Shown here: one piece after another, positions 10,135 to 18,578 of the stretch
Layout of the letters: each line of letters starts with the position of its first letter
Numbering within the stretch: the first letter of the stretch is position 1
Source of the DNA: an uncultured Bacteroidota bacterium
GTDB lineage: Bacteria; Bacteroidota; Bacteroidia; Flavobacteriales_F; PHOS-HE28
Assembly: GCA_902825795.1 (NCBI GenBank)
Contig: CADECG010000002.1
Location: 15,541-79,540, forward strand
Length of the DNA stretch: 64,000 bases
Direction: 5' to 3'
Translations under genes and position numbers: made by a program
Notes under the pieces: generated by a model
What the model was told of the DNA's origin: nothing
Database searches by the model: none
What the model saw: the letters and a program-made list of their open reading frames with translations, nothing else

Positions 10135-10730
10135 GCTTGCTGTGGTTCCGTGGCGTGCGCCGATGTGTTCATGCGGCGGAAGCGCTTGCGGGCTTCCTCC
10201 AGGCATTTGTACTTCCGTGTCTTCGCCGCTCCTTCACCGGCAAATCCGAGCGACTTCGCGATCTGCATCAGCGGTTCCTTGGTGATGTAGAACCGGCGGA
10301 GGATCTCCAAGCACTTGTCACCTAGGGAGGTGAGCGCCTTTTCGGCCAGTTTGAAACCGCTTTCCTGCGCGAGCAATGCGCCGATATCCGCTGGGTCATC
10401 GGCCGTGTCCTCCACGTCCCATTTGATCAGCGCTTTGTCGCGTCGGCGCAATTCATCGCGCCATAGGTTGCGGCACACGCTATAGAGAAAGGTGCCGATG
10501 GCGGAGGTGAGCACGAAGTCTTCGCACCTCGCCTTGCGGTGGAAGATGATGAGCGCGTCCTGGAACATGTCCTTCGCATCGGCCTTGCTGCCGCTGTTCT
10601 GCCGCACCATCCGTTCCACCATGGGGAGGTGCGCATACAGCTTCACGAAGGCTTGGTGGTCCTTGCCTTGCCGGATGAGTGCGAGGATCTCAGGGTCGCT
10701 CACGTTGGTGCCTTTGGTGGTTGATGGCAA
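10131..10730 (-). CDS. RNA polymerase ECF-type sigma-70 factor
   Basis: Same motifs as 2946-3521 ('DMFQDALIIFHRKA', 'GEGAAKTRKYKCLEEAR'). Translationally coupled to the downstream anti-sigma-like gene. Confidence 0.8.
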   Translation of the reverse strand: MPSTTKGTNVSDPEILALIRQGKDHQAFVKLYAHLPMVERMVRQNSGSKADAKDMFQDALIIFHRKARCEDFVLTSAIGTFLYSVCRNLWRDELRRRDKALIKWDVEDTADDPADIGALLAQESGFKLAEKALTSLGDKCLEILRRFYITKEPLMQIAKSLGFAGEGAAKTRKYKCLEEARKRFRRMNTSAHATEPQQA

Positions 10731-10769
10731 GAACGCCGAAAGGTGACCCCGGAGTGCGCGACCGGTCGC

Positions 10770-12695
10770 TCAGCGGAGCACGATGGGGCCTTCGATGAGT
10801 TCGGGGGTGATGGGCGGGACCGGCTGGACCACGCTGCGCGACGTATCGCCATTGCGCCAGAAACGCCATTGGCGTGGCACCCTTTCCACTTTGATCGGGT
10901 AGATCGTCAAGGATCCGTCCTTGGCCACACGCATGCGCAGGAAGTGCTTGAAGTCCTCGATGCGCAAGGCGCTGAACGCTTCTTCACTGTGGCGACCGAA
11001 CACGTTGATCGAGATCAACAAGTAGATGCCCAGGATCACGCAACCCGCCATCCAACCGCCGCCGAAGATCATGGCAGCCGTGAGCACTGCACCACCGAAT
11101 GTATCGCCCAACAGCAGTGTGGACAGGTTGAACGAACCCCAACCGATATAGAAGATCGCCACCCAGTGCACCGCCCAGTGCAGGGTGCCTGCAACGATCC
11201 TGTAGAGCGTGGAGTGCGTGTCGGTGAATGCAATGAATACCGCCCATAGCCCGAGCATCCAAAGTGCTATGCCCGGCTGCGCTTCGAACTGTTGCAGCGT
11301 GAGTTCCAACGCACGCCACGGATCGGAGACAGCCTTGCCGTTGTACGATGCACCAACAAGCCACGCGGTCATCAAGTACAGGATGGCAGGCAGGATCCCG
11401 GCTTTCGGGTTCTTGAACAGAAAGAGCAGGTTACCCCATGCCAGCCGCGATGAAACAGTAGGAGCGGGATAACACTCCTTCTGGGCGAACGTGCGCGCCT
11501 CGCTTTGGCCGTCCTCCACTGTCTCGGTGATCTCGGACAAGTCTTCCTCGTGGGTCGGATGCAGGAAGGCACCGCCACCGCCGGCAGTGATCTTTTGTAC
11601 CGGTGAACCGGCCGCCGCATAACGGCCAACCTCCTCATGGCGGCGGTAGTGATGCAGATCGCCGGTGAGGTAGAGTTTCACTTCCACGTTGCATGGAGCG
11701 AATACCTGATCGCGCAAGTAGATGAGATCCGTTTCATCGAACACGCGACCCATGGTGCGGTACTTGTACGCGTAGGTCCACACCGGGAGCGAGAGGCACA
11801 ACACCACTTTGTCCCCTGCGGTCATACGTGTCGCCACGGATCGGAAGTACTCGATCTGGCCCGTGTCAAGATCGCTCTGCAACTGCCCATCGCTACCCAA
11901 CAACCACCAGTTGCCCGGTAGCTTCAGCGCGAAGTAGCTGCGCTGCTGCTGTGTGCGCCAACCGGCAAATGCCCGCCCGCCGACGTCGGAACAGAACAGG
12001 CGCGAAAATGCGTTGAGCCCGTCGTACCAATCGTGGTTGCCGGGTATGGCGTACGCCACCGGTTGCTCAAGCGGCTTCGCATCGCCGAAGGCTTTGGTGA
12101 AGGGCATCACCAACCGCCGCTGGTACTCCTCGCGACTGGGCGTGGGATAGACTTCATCGCCGCCGAACAACAACACATCCCCGCGTGGGAGGTCGATGGT
12201 TCCGCCTTTACCATCGGCCACCTTCAATTGTTCCTGCGCTGCGGCGTAGGCGATCGCGTAGGTGGGGTTCCATCCATCGCCGGTGTCGCAGATGAAGTCG
12301 ATCCAGAGTTCATCGCGTTCACGATCAGGGTCCGGTTCCGGCCCAAACTCCCCGTCTTTGAAATAGTGCGTGTGCACGAAAGGCTCCGTGCTCGTGGAAG
12401 CCAATGCGAGCATCAAGCGCCGATCGCTGCGTTCCCCGACGATCAACGAGAACAGTGTTTTCACGCCTGTGCGCAACAACTGACCGGGATCGAACCAACC
12501 CACCATTGGCATGCGTTGCTCCCTACGCTTGGAAGCTACATGCAAGGCGCTCGCAACCGGCTTACTGATGAGCCGTTTGATCACAGGCAGTGCTGCACGC
12601 TGCCGAGCGTTCTTCTCGTCAGGGGATGCGTTCTCCTCCGGGACTTCGGGATCCATGCGCTGAAAAGTAGCAGCGGACGGACAACAGAACGACAA
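10770..12695 (-). CDS. calcineurin-like metallophosphoesterase fused to a C-terminal multi-pass membrane domain
   Basis: Metallophosphoesterase motifs 'GDTGDG', 'GGDEVY', 'GNHDWYDG', 'GDLHHYRRHE'. The C-terminal ~200 aa contain 5-6 hydrophobic helices. Confidence 0.7.
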   Translation of the reverse strand: MSFCCPSAATFQRMDPEVPEENASPDEKNARQRAALPVIKRLISKPVASALHVASKRREQRMPMVGWFDPGQLLRTGVKTLFSLIVGERSDRRLMLALASTSTEPFVHTHYFKDGEFGPEPDPDRERDELWIDFICDTGDGWNPTYAIAYAAAQEQLKVADGKGGTIDLPRGDVLLFGGDEVYPTPSREEYQRRLVMPFTKAFGDAKPLEQPVAYAIPGNHDWYDGLNAFSRLFCSDVGGRAFAGWRTQQQRSYFALKLPGNWWLLGSDGQLQSDLDTGQIEYFRSVATRMTAGDKVVLCLSLPVWTYAYKYRTMGRVFDETDLIYLRDQVFAPCNVEVKLYLTGDLHHYRRHEEVGRYAAAGSPVQKITAGGGGAFLHPTHEEDLSEITETVEDGQSEARTFAQKECYPAPTVSSRLAWGNLLFLFKNPKAGILPAILYLMTAWLVGASYNGKAVSDPWRALELTLQQFEAQPGIALWMLGLWAVFIAFTDTHSTLYRIVAGTLHWAVHWVAIFYIGWGSFNLSTLLLGDTFGGAVLTAAMIFGGGWMAGCVILGIYLLISINVFGRHSEEAFSALRIEDFKHFLRMRVAKDGSLTIYPIKVERVPRQWRFWRNGDTSRSVVQPVPPITPELIEGPIVLR

Positions 12696-12701
12696 CCCCG
12701 T

Positions 12702-13499
12702 TCAGCCCTTCAATTCCGCCGGAACTACACACACGGGTATCGGCTCCATTTTGTGCCGGTTGGCGATCCGCCTTGCGTCGAAGATGGCCAGCACTTTCCG
12801 CTGTCGTGCTGACAAATCAAGAGAAGAGATGTCTACCCCGCGATCGCGGAGGTCCATGGCCCATTCCAACTCCGGATACGACGCGCCGATCTGGTCTTCG
12901 TCGCTGCGATCATCACCGAACAATCCGTCCGTTGGCTTGGCGATCATAATGCTCTCCACCACACCCATCGCTTTGCCCAGCGCATAGACTTCCGTCTTCA
13001 TCAAGTCGGCAATTGGGCTCAGGTCCACACCACCATCGCCGTACTTGGTGAAGAAGCCGACACCGAAGTCCTCCACCTTGTTCCCCGTGCCGGCTACCAG
13101 GTAACCGTGCAATCCGGCTACATGGTAGAGAGCCGTCATGCGCAACCGTGCACGCGTGTTCGCCAAGGCCAATTGAACAGCCGCATCATCGGCGGTACGC
13201 GGCAGGGCCGATGCCATGGTGAGAAAGGTGGGTGTCAGGTCCACCCGTTCCATGCGCACATTGGGGAACTCGGCCTCCAGTGCTTTCACATGCTCATGTG
13301 CGCGCGCCACATGAGAAGGAGCCTGATGGATGGGCAGTTCAACACACAGTGTCGGCAACCCGGTGCGTGCGCACAGCGCACTGGTTACGGCACTATCGAT
13401 CCCGCCACTGAGGCCAATGACGAAACCCGAGCGCCGGTTGGTGGTGCAATAGTCTTTGAGCCAGCCGACAATATGGGAGATGACCTTTTCAGTGTTCAT
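12702..13499 (-). CDS. nadE: NH3-dependent NAD+ synthetase
   Basis: PP-loop 'GLSGGIDSAV'. Matches the NadE family over its length (~265 aa). Confidence 0.9.
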   Translation of the reverse strand: MNTEKVISHIVGWLKDYCTTNRRSGFVIGLSGGIDSAVTSALCARTGLPTLCVELPIHQAPSHVARAHEHVKALEAEFPNVRMERVDLTPTFLTMASALPRTADDAAVQLALANTRARLRMTALYHVAGLHGYLVAGTGNKVEDFGVGFFTKYGDGGVDLSPIADLMKTEVYALGKAMGVVESIMIAKPTDGLFGDDRSDEDQIGASYPELEWAMDLRDRGVDISSLDLSARQRKVLAIFDARRIANRHKMEPIPVCVVPAELKG

Positions 13500-13564
13500 G
13501 ATCCATCATGTTGAAGCCCCATCCCGACAGATCGGAACGGGGCTTCCGTTGCTCATTCTATTGT

Positions 13565-14299
13565 TCAGAACAGCACGCCCAAGGTCAACTCGGCGTAGTG
13601 CAGTTTGGCCTGTCCCAGATCGTCGTTGTCGAAAACGTTGGTAAACCCGTTGCTGTACTTGAGGCCAACCAGGGCTGAGGTATTCCCGCTGAAATTGTAT
13701 TCGAAACCAGCGCCCACCAGCAATGCAACGCGCAGCTCAGCCGCATTGTCCTTCGCGTCCTCATCCTCGAGCTTCACGGTTCCATCGTGGCGCACTGTCT
13801 CGTAATCCCCTTTTGCCGCCACCCGGAACCCCGTGTCGAAACCGAGCTGGCCGAAGTAGGTCATGTAGCCGATCTCGTTGGTCTTCAGCTTGATGCTGAT
13901 CGGGATCTCGACATACTGCAACTTCATGATCCCTGCCTCCGAAGCGGTACGGGTAGTGGTAATGGTGGTGGTATCGGGACCATTCACCTGCACAGTGGTC
14001 GTCGTATAGCCGTAGTCGCGGGCATATTTCAATCCCACGTTGTTCATGTATATCCCTGTCGCGAAAGCGTAGTTGGCATTCTTGCCGATCAGGAAGTCGG
14101 TCATCAAGCCGAAACGGAAACCCAATCGGGAACCATCGCTCTCAACCAGTTTTCCGGTGGGCTTGATCCAGCCGAGGTTCGGGGCGATCGACAAGCCGAG
14201 GCGCACGGAGCGACCTTCGTTCTGCGCTTGGACCGCTGAAGTCATGGCGATCGCGATGGCAAATGCCACGGATGTCTTTCTCATAGTTTTGGCGTTCAT
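13565..14299 (-). CDS. outer-membrane beta-barrel protein (porin-like, OMP_b-brl family-like)
   Basis: Signal peptide 'VAFAIAIAMTSAVQAQ'. Amphipathic beta-strands. C-terminal 'LTLGVLF' beta-signal. Confidence 0.65.
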   Translation of the reverse strand: MNAKTMRKTSVAFAIAIAMTSAVQAQNEGRSVRLGLSIAPNLGWIKPTGKLVESDGSRLGFRFGLMTDFLIGKNANYAFATGIYMNNVGLKYARDYGYTTTTVQVNGPDTTTITTTRTASEAGIMKLQYVEIPISIKLKTNEIGYMTYFGQLGFDTGFRVAAKGDYETVRHDGTVKLEDEDAKDNAAELRVALLVGAGFEYNFSGNTSALVGLKYSNGFTNVFDNDDLGQAKLHYAELTLGVLF

Positions 14300-15338
14300 G
14301 GTAGTATGGTGCGAATGTAGCCTCAGGGTTTGTCGAGCGACGGCTTCCGCGGCTCTTGTTTTCAGCTTGTTGTTGACGGCGTGCGACGGCGGAAGTCACG
14401 CGGAGATCGACCCCGTTCCTGTTGAATTGGATGTGGTGAGGCTGGACCACAAGGTGTTCCGCACACCGCCGGACAGCATGTTATGGAAGTGCCGCCAACT
14501 GCAGGCGGAACTCGGTCCCTTCTGGCAACTCTATGTGGAGGACATCCTGCAAGCCGCGGCATTGGAAGATCCGCGGCTTCCGCTCGCTCTCAACACCTTC
14601 ACCAGCGACCCGGATTGGATGGAGGCCCAAGCAGCGATCGATAGCACGCTCGGCGACCTGTCCGGTCCAATGGCGGATATGACGGATGCATTCGGAAGAC
14701 TGAAAGCTGTGTTCCCTGACAGCATTACGCCCCGGGTCATCGTGTTCAATAGTGGTTTCAATTATGGCCTCTATCCCACGGATACGGATCTGGGTATCGG
14801 CGCGGAATGGTTCATCGGGCCGGAGCAGCGTGTGATCTCGTACCTCGCTCCTGAGAGCTTTCCGCAGTTCGTGAAGGACCGCATGCGCCCCGACATGCTG
14901 GCACCCGGCGCCGTGAAAGGATGGCTCATGGTGCACTGGCTGCGCGACACACGCGGTGAAGACCTGCTGACCAACCTTGTGGAGATCGGCAAGGTGATGG
15001 CCCTATTGGAAGCCGTGATGCCCGCTACGGATGCGTCGTTGCGGTTCGCCTTCACCCCCGAGCAACTGAAGTGGTGCGAAGAGAACGAGTACATGATGTG
15101 GCAGAAAATCGTCAACGACGAACTGCTCTTCAGCAAAGAGGAAAAAGCCGTGAGCCGCATCCTCAACGACGCGCCGTTCACCAATGGATTTCCCCGTGAA
15201 AGTCCAGGTCACGTGGGGGAATGGATCGGTTACCGCCTCGTGCAAGCATACATGGCCGACAACCCGGACCTCACCTTCGCGCAGTTGTTCGCGCTCACCG
15301 ATGCGCAACAGATCCTGAAGACCTACAAACCCCGCTGA
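14298..15338 (+). CDS. gldB: gliding motility lipoprotein GldB
   Basis: Lipobox 'LLLTAC' and GldB family-like sequence over ~330 aa. Followed immediately by gldC, as in Flavobacterium. Start chosen at the ATG of the CATG shared with the divergent upstream gene. The 5' part of the track ORF (14073-14297) is antisense to the OMP gene and was rejected. Confidence 0.75.
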   Translation: MVVWCECSLRVCRATASAALVFSLLLTACDGGSHAEIDPVPVELDVVRLDHKVFRTPPDSMLWKCRQLQAELGPFWQLYVEDILQAAALEDPRLPLALNTFTSDPDWMEAQAAIDSTLGDLSGPMADMTDAFGRLKAVFPDSITPRVIVFNSGFNYGLYPTDTDLGIGAEWFIGPEQRVISYLAPESFPQFVKDRMRPDMLAPGAVKGWLMVHWLRDTRGEDLLTNLVEIGKVMALLEAVMPATDASLRFAFTPEQLKWCEENEYMMWQKIVNDELLFSKEEKAVSRILNDAPFTNGFPRESPGHVGEWIGYRLVQAYMADNPDLTFAQLFALTDAQQILKTYKPR

Positions 15339-15414
15339 TGAATATCCAATGATCAATTTCCAACGGAAAGGCCGCTGGATCGGATATTGAGTATTGGACA
15401 TTGGCTATTGAACA

Positions 15415-15756
15415 TTGATCATTCCCATGAGCACTTCCCAGATCCGCTTCACCATTACCCTCGACGAGAACAAGGTGCCCGAACGCATTGAGTGGGAGGC
15501 CGATGACGCGAGCGCGAAGAGCGAGTGCAAGAGCACGCTCATCAGTTTGTGGGACGCCAAAGAGCAGAACACCTTGCGCATCGATCTGTGGACCAAGGCC
15601 ATGACGACGGATGAGATGAAGTCGTTCTTCCACCAGAACATCTTGACCATGGCCGACACGTTCGAGCGCGCCACCGGCGAAGGCAAGATGGCAGCGCAGA
15701 TGCGTGACTTCGGCGTGTACTTCGCGGAGCACATGCTGGGTGTGAAGCCGGAATAG
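15415..15756 (+). CDS. gldC: gliding motility-associated protein GldC
   Basis: Size of ~110 aa and sequence ('IRFTITLDENKVPERIEWEADDA...LWDAKEQNTLRIDLW') fit the GldC family. Sits directly downstream of gldB. Confidence 0.75.
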   Translation: MIIPMSTSQIRFTITLDENKVPERIEWEADDASAKSECKSTLISLWDAKEQNTLRIDLWTKAMTTDEMKSFFHQNILTMADTFERATGEGKMAAQMRDFGVYFAEHMLGVKPE

Positions 15757-15800
15757 TCCCGTGCGCCGGCCGAACGGGGCCGTGATCGACAAGATCACCG

Positions 15801-16979
15801 ATGAACTGCACACGAATGAGGCATTTGGTCGATCGGTGTGCGGATGAAGTGGTCCGCTGGATGCACAAGGTCGTGGCAACTCCGTTGGTCCGTTGGATCC
15901 TCTCAACGCCGCTACGGGCAACACTCGTGCTTTCCGTGTTCACAGTTCTCAGCAACTTCCCGCTGTACGATCTGGCCTACGCACAGGGGAGCACCGGTCC
16001 CAACTGGCCTCCCTTCTTCGAGCAGGTCGAAGCGCCGTTCCGTGACCATACGCAGGCGTATTCCGACTGGTCGCACGCATCGAAGCTTGGTTTCCGGTTC
16101 GTTCCTGCCGTGATCTGCAAAGCGCTCGGGCTTCGCACGTTGCCGCCGGTGTGGGCTTTCCAACTGCTCACCCTGTTCGCGCTCCACGCCTTTCTCTTCG
16201 CACTTCTTCTGCGTTGGTCCGGCTCGATCAAGAAGGCGTTCATCGCCGCGGTGCCGTGCTGCTTGGTAACGGCAGGGCATCCTTATCTCGATGATATCTG
16301 GGGCTACTTCGACACACTGGCACTCGCCTTCTTGATGGCGGGCATGCTCACCCGAAGACCGACGCTCTCGATCCTGTTTTTTCTGCTTGCATGGTTCACC
16401 GATGAACGCGCTCTAGTGGCATCGCCTGCGCTGGTCCTATTCCATTCGGCTACGTTCACGAAGGCAGCGGGGAACGGCAATGGCCGCATTTCTTATGCCC
16501 TCCGAAACAGCTGGTCACTGTTCTTGGCATTCGGCCTTTACGCGCTGCTCCGGATAGCGCTTGGCCACTGGCTCGGCCTTCGCACCGCACCGGTGGAAAC
16601 AACATACTTAATGGACCAATGGCCCACGGCTCTTGCTGCTCTTGGCCGCGGTTGCGAAGGCTTGCTGTTGGTCCTCGCGGTGTTCGTTGCGGTGCTCTGG
16701 CGTTCGCGCTCGTTCGGCCTTTTGCTCGCGTATGGCGCCGGCTTCTGCCTTGTATGGGGAACGGCCATTGCCGTGATCGACGTGGACCGCAGCATGGCCT
16801 ATCTCCTGCCGTACTTCACGCTTGCGCTGGTCGTCCTCATAGACCGTACCGAGTCACAACGGCTCTATCCGCTGCTATTGCTAACGGTGGTCCTCAACCT
16901 GTTCCTTGGCGCCAGTTGGTCGCTGCCCGCTCAGGTGTACCGCATGATCTTCATTGATCACACGTTGTCGCTTTTCTGA
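15801..16979 (+). CDS. hypothetical polytopic inner-membrane protein (about 10 TM helices)
   Basis: Strongly hydrophobic throughout. No catalytic motif recognised. Confidence 0.5.
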   Translation: MNCTRMRHLVDRCADEVVRWMHKVVATPLVRWILSTPLRATLVLSVFTVLSNFPLYDLAYAQGSTGPNWPPFFEQVEAPFRDHTQAYSDWSHASKLGFRFVPAVICKALGLRTLPPVWAFQLLTLFALHAFLFALLLRWSGSIKKAFIAAVPCCLVTAGHPYLDDIWGYFDTLALAFLMAGMLTRRPTLSILFFLLAWFTDERALVASPALVLFHSATFTKAAGNGNGRISYALRNSWSLFLAFGLYALLRIALGHWLGLRTAPVETTYLMDQWPTALAALGRGCEGLLLVLAVFVAVLWRSRSFGLLLAYGAGFCLVWGTAIAVIDVDRSMAYLLPYFTLALVVLIDRTESQRLYPLLLLTVVLNLFLGASWSLPAQVYRMIFIDHTLSLF

Positions 16980-16987
16980 ATGCACGT

Positions 16988-17617
16988 TCAAGGAAGTCCT
17001 TTCCAATCCGCGTTGATGCTGGCGATGAACTCGAGCAGTTCATCGCGGCCCTTGCGGGTTTCGGCGCTGGTGATGAAGAGCGTGGGCAGCTTGGCCCAGG
17101 TCTTCTTCAACACCTTCTTGTAAACGGCTACGCTGCTCATCACTTGCGGCTGGCTGATCTTATCGCTCTTGGTGAATGCGATCGCGAAGGGGATGCCCTT
17201 CTCGCCAAGCCAACCGATCATACCGAGATCGTTCTTCTGTGGTTCCAGACGCGAATCCACCAGTACGAAAACGCATTGCAGGTTCTCGCGCTCCAGCAGG
17301 TACGCATCGATCATCGCGCGCCATGCTGTGCGTTCATCGCGGCTCACCTTGGCGAAACCGTAGCCGGGAAGATCGGCCAGCAGCCATTCCGCAGTGGCAT
17401 CGGCACTGGTGCCTTGCACTTTGAAATGCTCCACGTTGCGCGTGCGGCCAGGCGTATTGCTCACCCGCGCCAATTTGTTGATGCCGACGAGCATGTTCAC
17501 CAAGCGACTTTTGCCCACGTTGCTCCGCCCGATGAACGCGTACTCGGGCAGGTTCGGCTTGGGCCAATGTTCGGCCTTGCGGCCACTGCCGAGATGTTCT
17601 GCCTTGAGGGTGTACAT
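16988..17617 (-). CDS. engB: ribosome-biogenesis GTPase YihA/YsxC (EngB)
   Basis: G1 'GRSNVGKS', G3 'DLPGYG', G4 'TKSD'. Length ~209 aa. Confidence 0.9.
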   Translation of the reverse strand: MYTLKAEHLGSGRKAEHWPKPNLPEYAFIGRSNVGKSRLVNMLVGINKLARVSNTPGRTRNVEHFKVQGTSADATAEWLLADLPGYGFAKVSRDERTAWRAMIDAYLLERENLQCVFVLVDSRLEPQKNDLGMIGWLGEKGIPFAIAFTKSDKISQPQVMSSVAVYKKVLKKTWAKLPTLFITSAETRKGRDELLEFIASINADWKGLP

Positions 17618-17695
17618 GGGAGAGCGTAGTAAGTGATGATCAGCGGGTCGGTGGCGACAAGTCGAAGCGACCCATGACGCCGCACCGGCAACGCA

Positions 17696-18463
17696 TTACT
17701 CCTTGGCCAAGGTTTTCTTCAGCCAACTGTCAACGATGCCATTGAACACATCGGGGTGTTCCATCATGGCAGCGTGGCCGCAGTTGTCGATCCAGAACAA
17801 TTCGCTGTGCGGGATCAACGACTTGAATTCTTCGGCAACGTGAGGTGGCGTTATGGTGTCCTGCTTCCCCCAGATCAAGCAGACCGGAAGTTTCAAATTG
17901 GGCAGGTCCTTGGCCATGTTGTGGCGGATGGCGCTTTTGGCCAACGAGAGGATGCGGATCAGTTTGGCCTTGTCGTTCACCGTCTCGTAGCACTCCTCCA
18001 CCAAGGCATCGGTGGCGTGTTTCGGGTCGTGGAACGTCAACGCGATCTTGGCACGGAGGTACTCCTTGTCCTCTCGGCGGGGGAAGCCGCCGCCGAAAGC
18101 ATTTTCATACAGTCCGCTGCTGCCTGTTAGGATAAGTGTGCGCAAGCGGCTGACATGTTTGGTGCAGTAAACCAAGGCCACGTGACCACCCAAGGAATTG
18201 CCCAACAGGTTGATCTCCGTGAAGCCCTTGTGCCGGATGAAGCGATCGAGGAATTCGGCCAACGCCGGCACGTTCGTGTTCAGCATCGGCATGGAGTACA
18301 GCGGCAGCATGGGCATCACCACGCGGTAATGCTTGCTGAAGTGGGCAATGGGCCCTTCGAAGTTGCTGAGCGCGCCGAACAGACCATGAAGAAAGATCAA
18401 CGGCGGCCCTTCGCCGACATCGATGTACTTGAACTCTCCTTCTTCCTTGAGCGCGGGTTGCAT
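17696..18463 (-). CDS. alpha/beta-fold hydrolase
   Basis: 'LIFLHGLFG' oxyanion region. Nucleophile elbow 'GNSLGG'. C-terminal His in 'DNCGHAAM'. Confidence 0.8.
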   Translation of the reverse strand: MQPALKEEGEFKYIDVGEGPPLIFLHGLFGALSNFEGPIAHFSKHYRVVMPMLPLYSMPMLNTNVPALAEFLDRFIRHKGFTEINLLGNSLGGHVALVYCTKHVSRLRTLILTGSSGLYENAFGGGFPRREDKEYLRAKIALTFHDPKHATDALVEECYETVNDKAKLIRILSLAKSAIRHNMAKDLPNLKLPVCLIWGKQDTITPPHVAEEFKSLIPHSELFWIDNCGHAAMMEHPDVFNGIVDSWLKKTLAKE

Positions 18464-18578
18464 GCTGATGGCTTCCGAGTCCCGACCGGTCGGGGGGTGC
18501 GACCAAATGTAATCGGGTAGCCGACAAGCCAGCGGAGCCGCGATCGGAAAGGGGCGGTCGAGCGGGTGAGCTCCGCTT

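Noticed and set aside
12033-12812. 259-aa plus-strand ORF
   Set aside because: It is antisense to the metallophosphoesterase and nadE genes. It has no motif and a composition typical of a reverse frame.
13513-13546. Imperfect hairpin ('gaagcccc...ggggcttc') between the OMP gene and nadE considered as a terminator
   Set aside because: The loop is long (18 nt) and no U-tract follows on the transcribed strand. Too weak to call.
14073-14297. 5' extension of the gldB ORF (track start 14073)
   Set aside because: It runs antisense through the N-terminal coding region of the OMP gene 13565-14299. The lipoprotein signal peptide begins only at the ATG at 14298.
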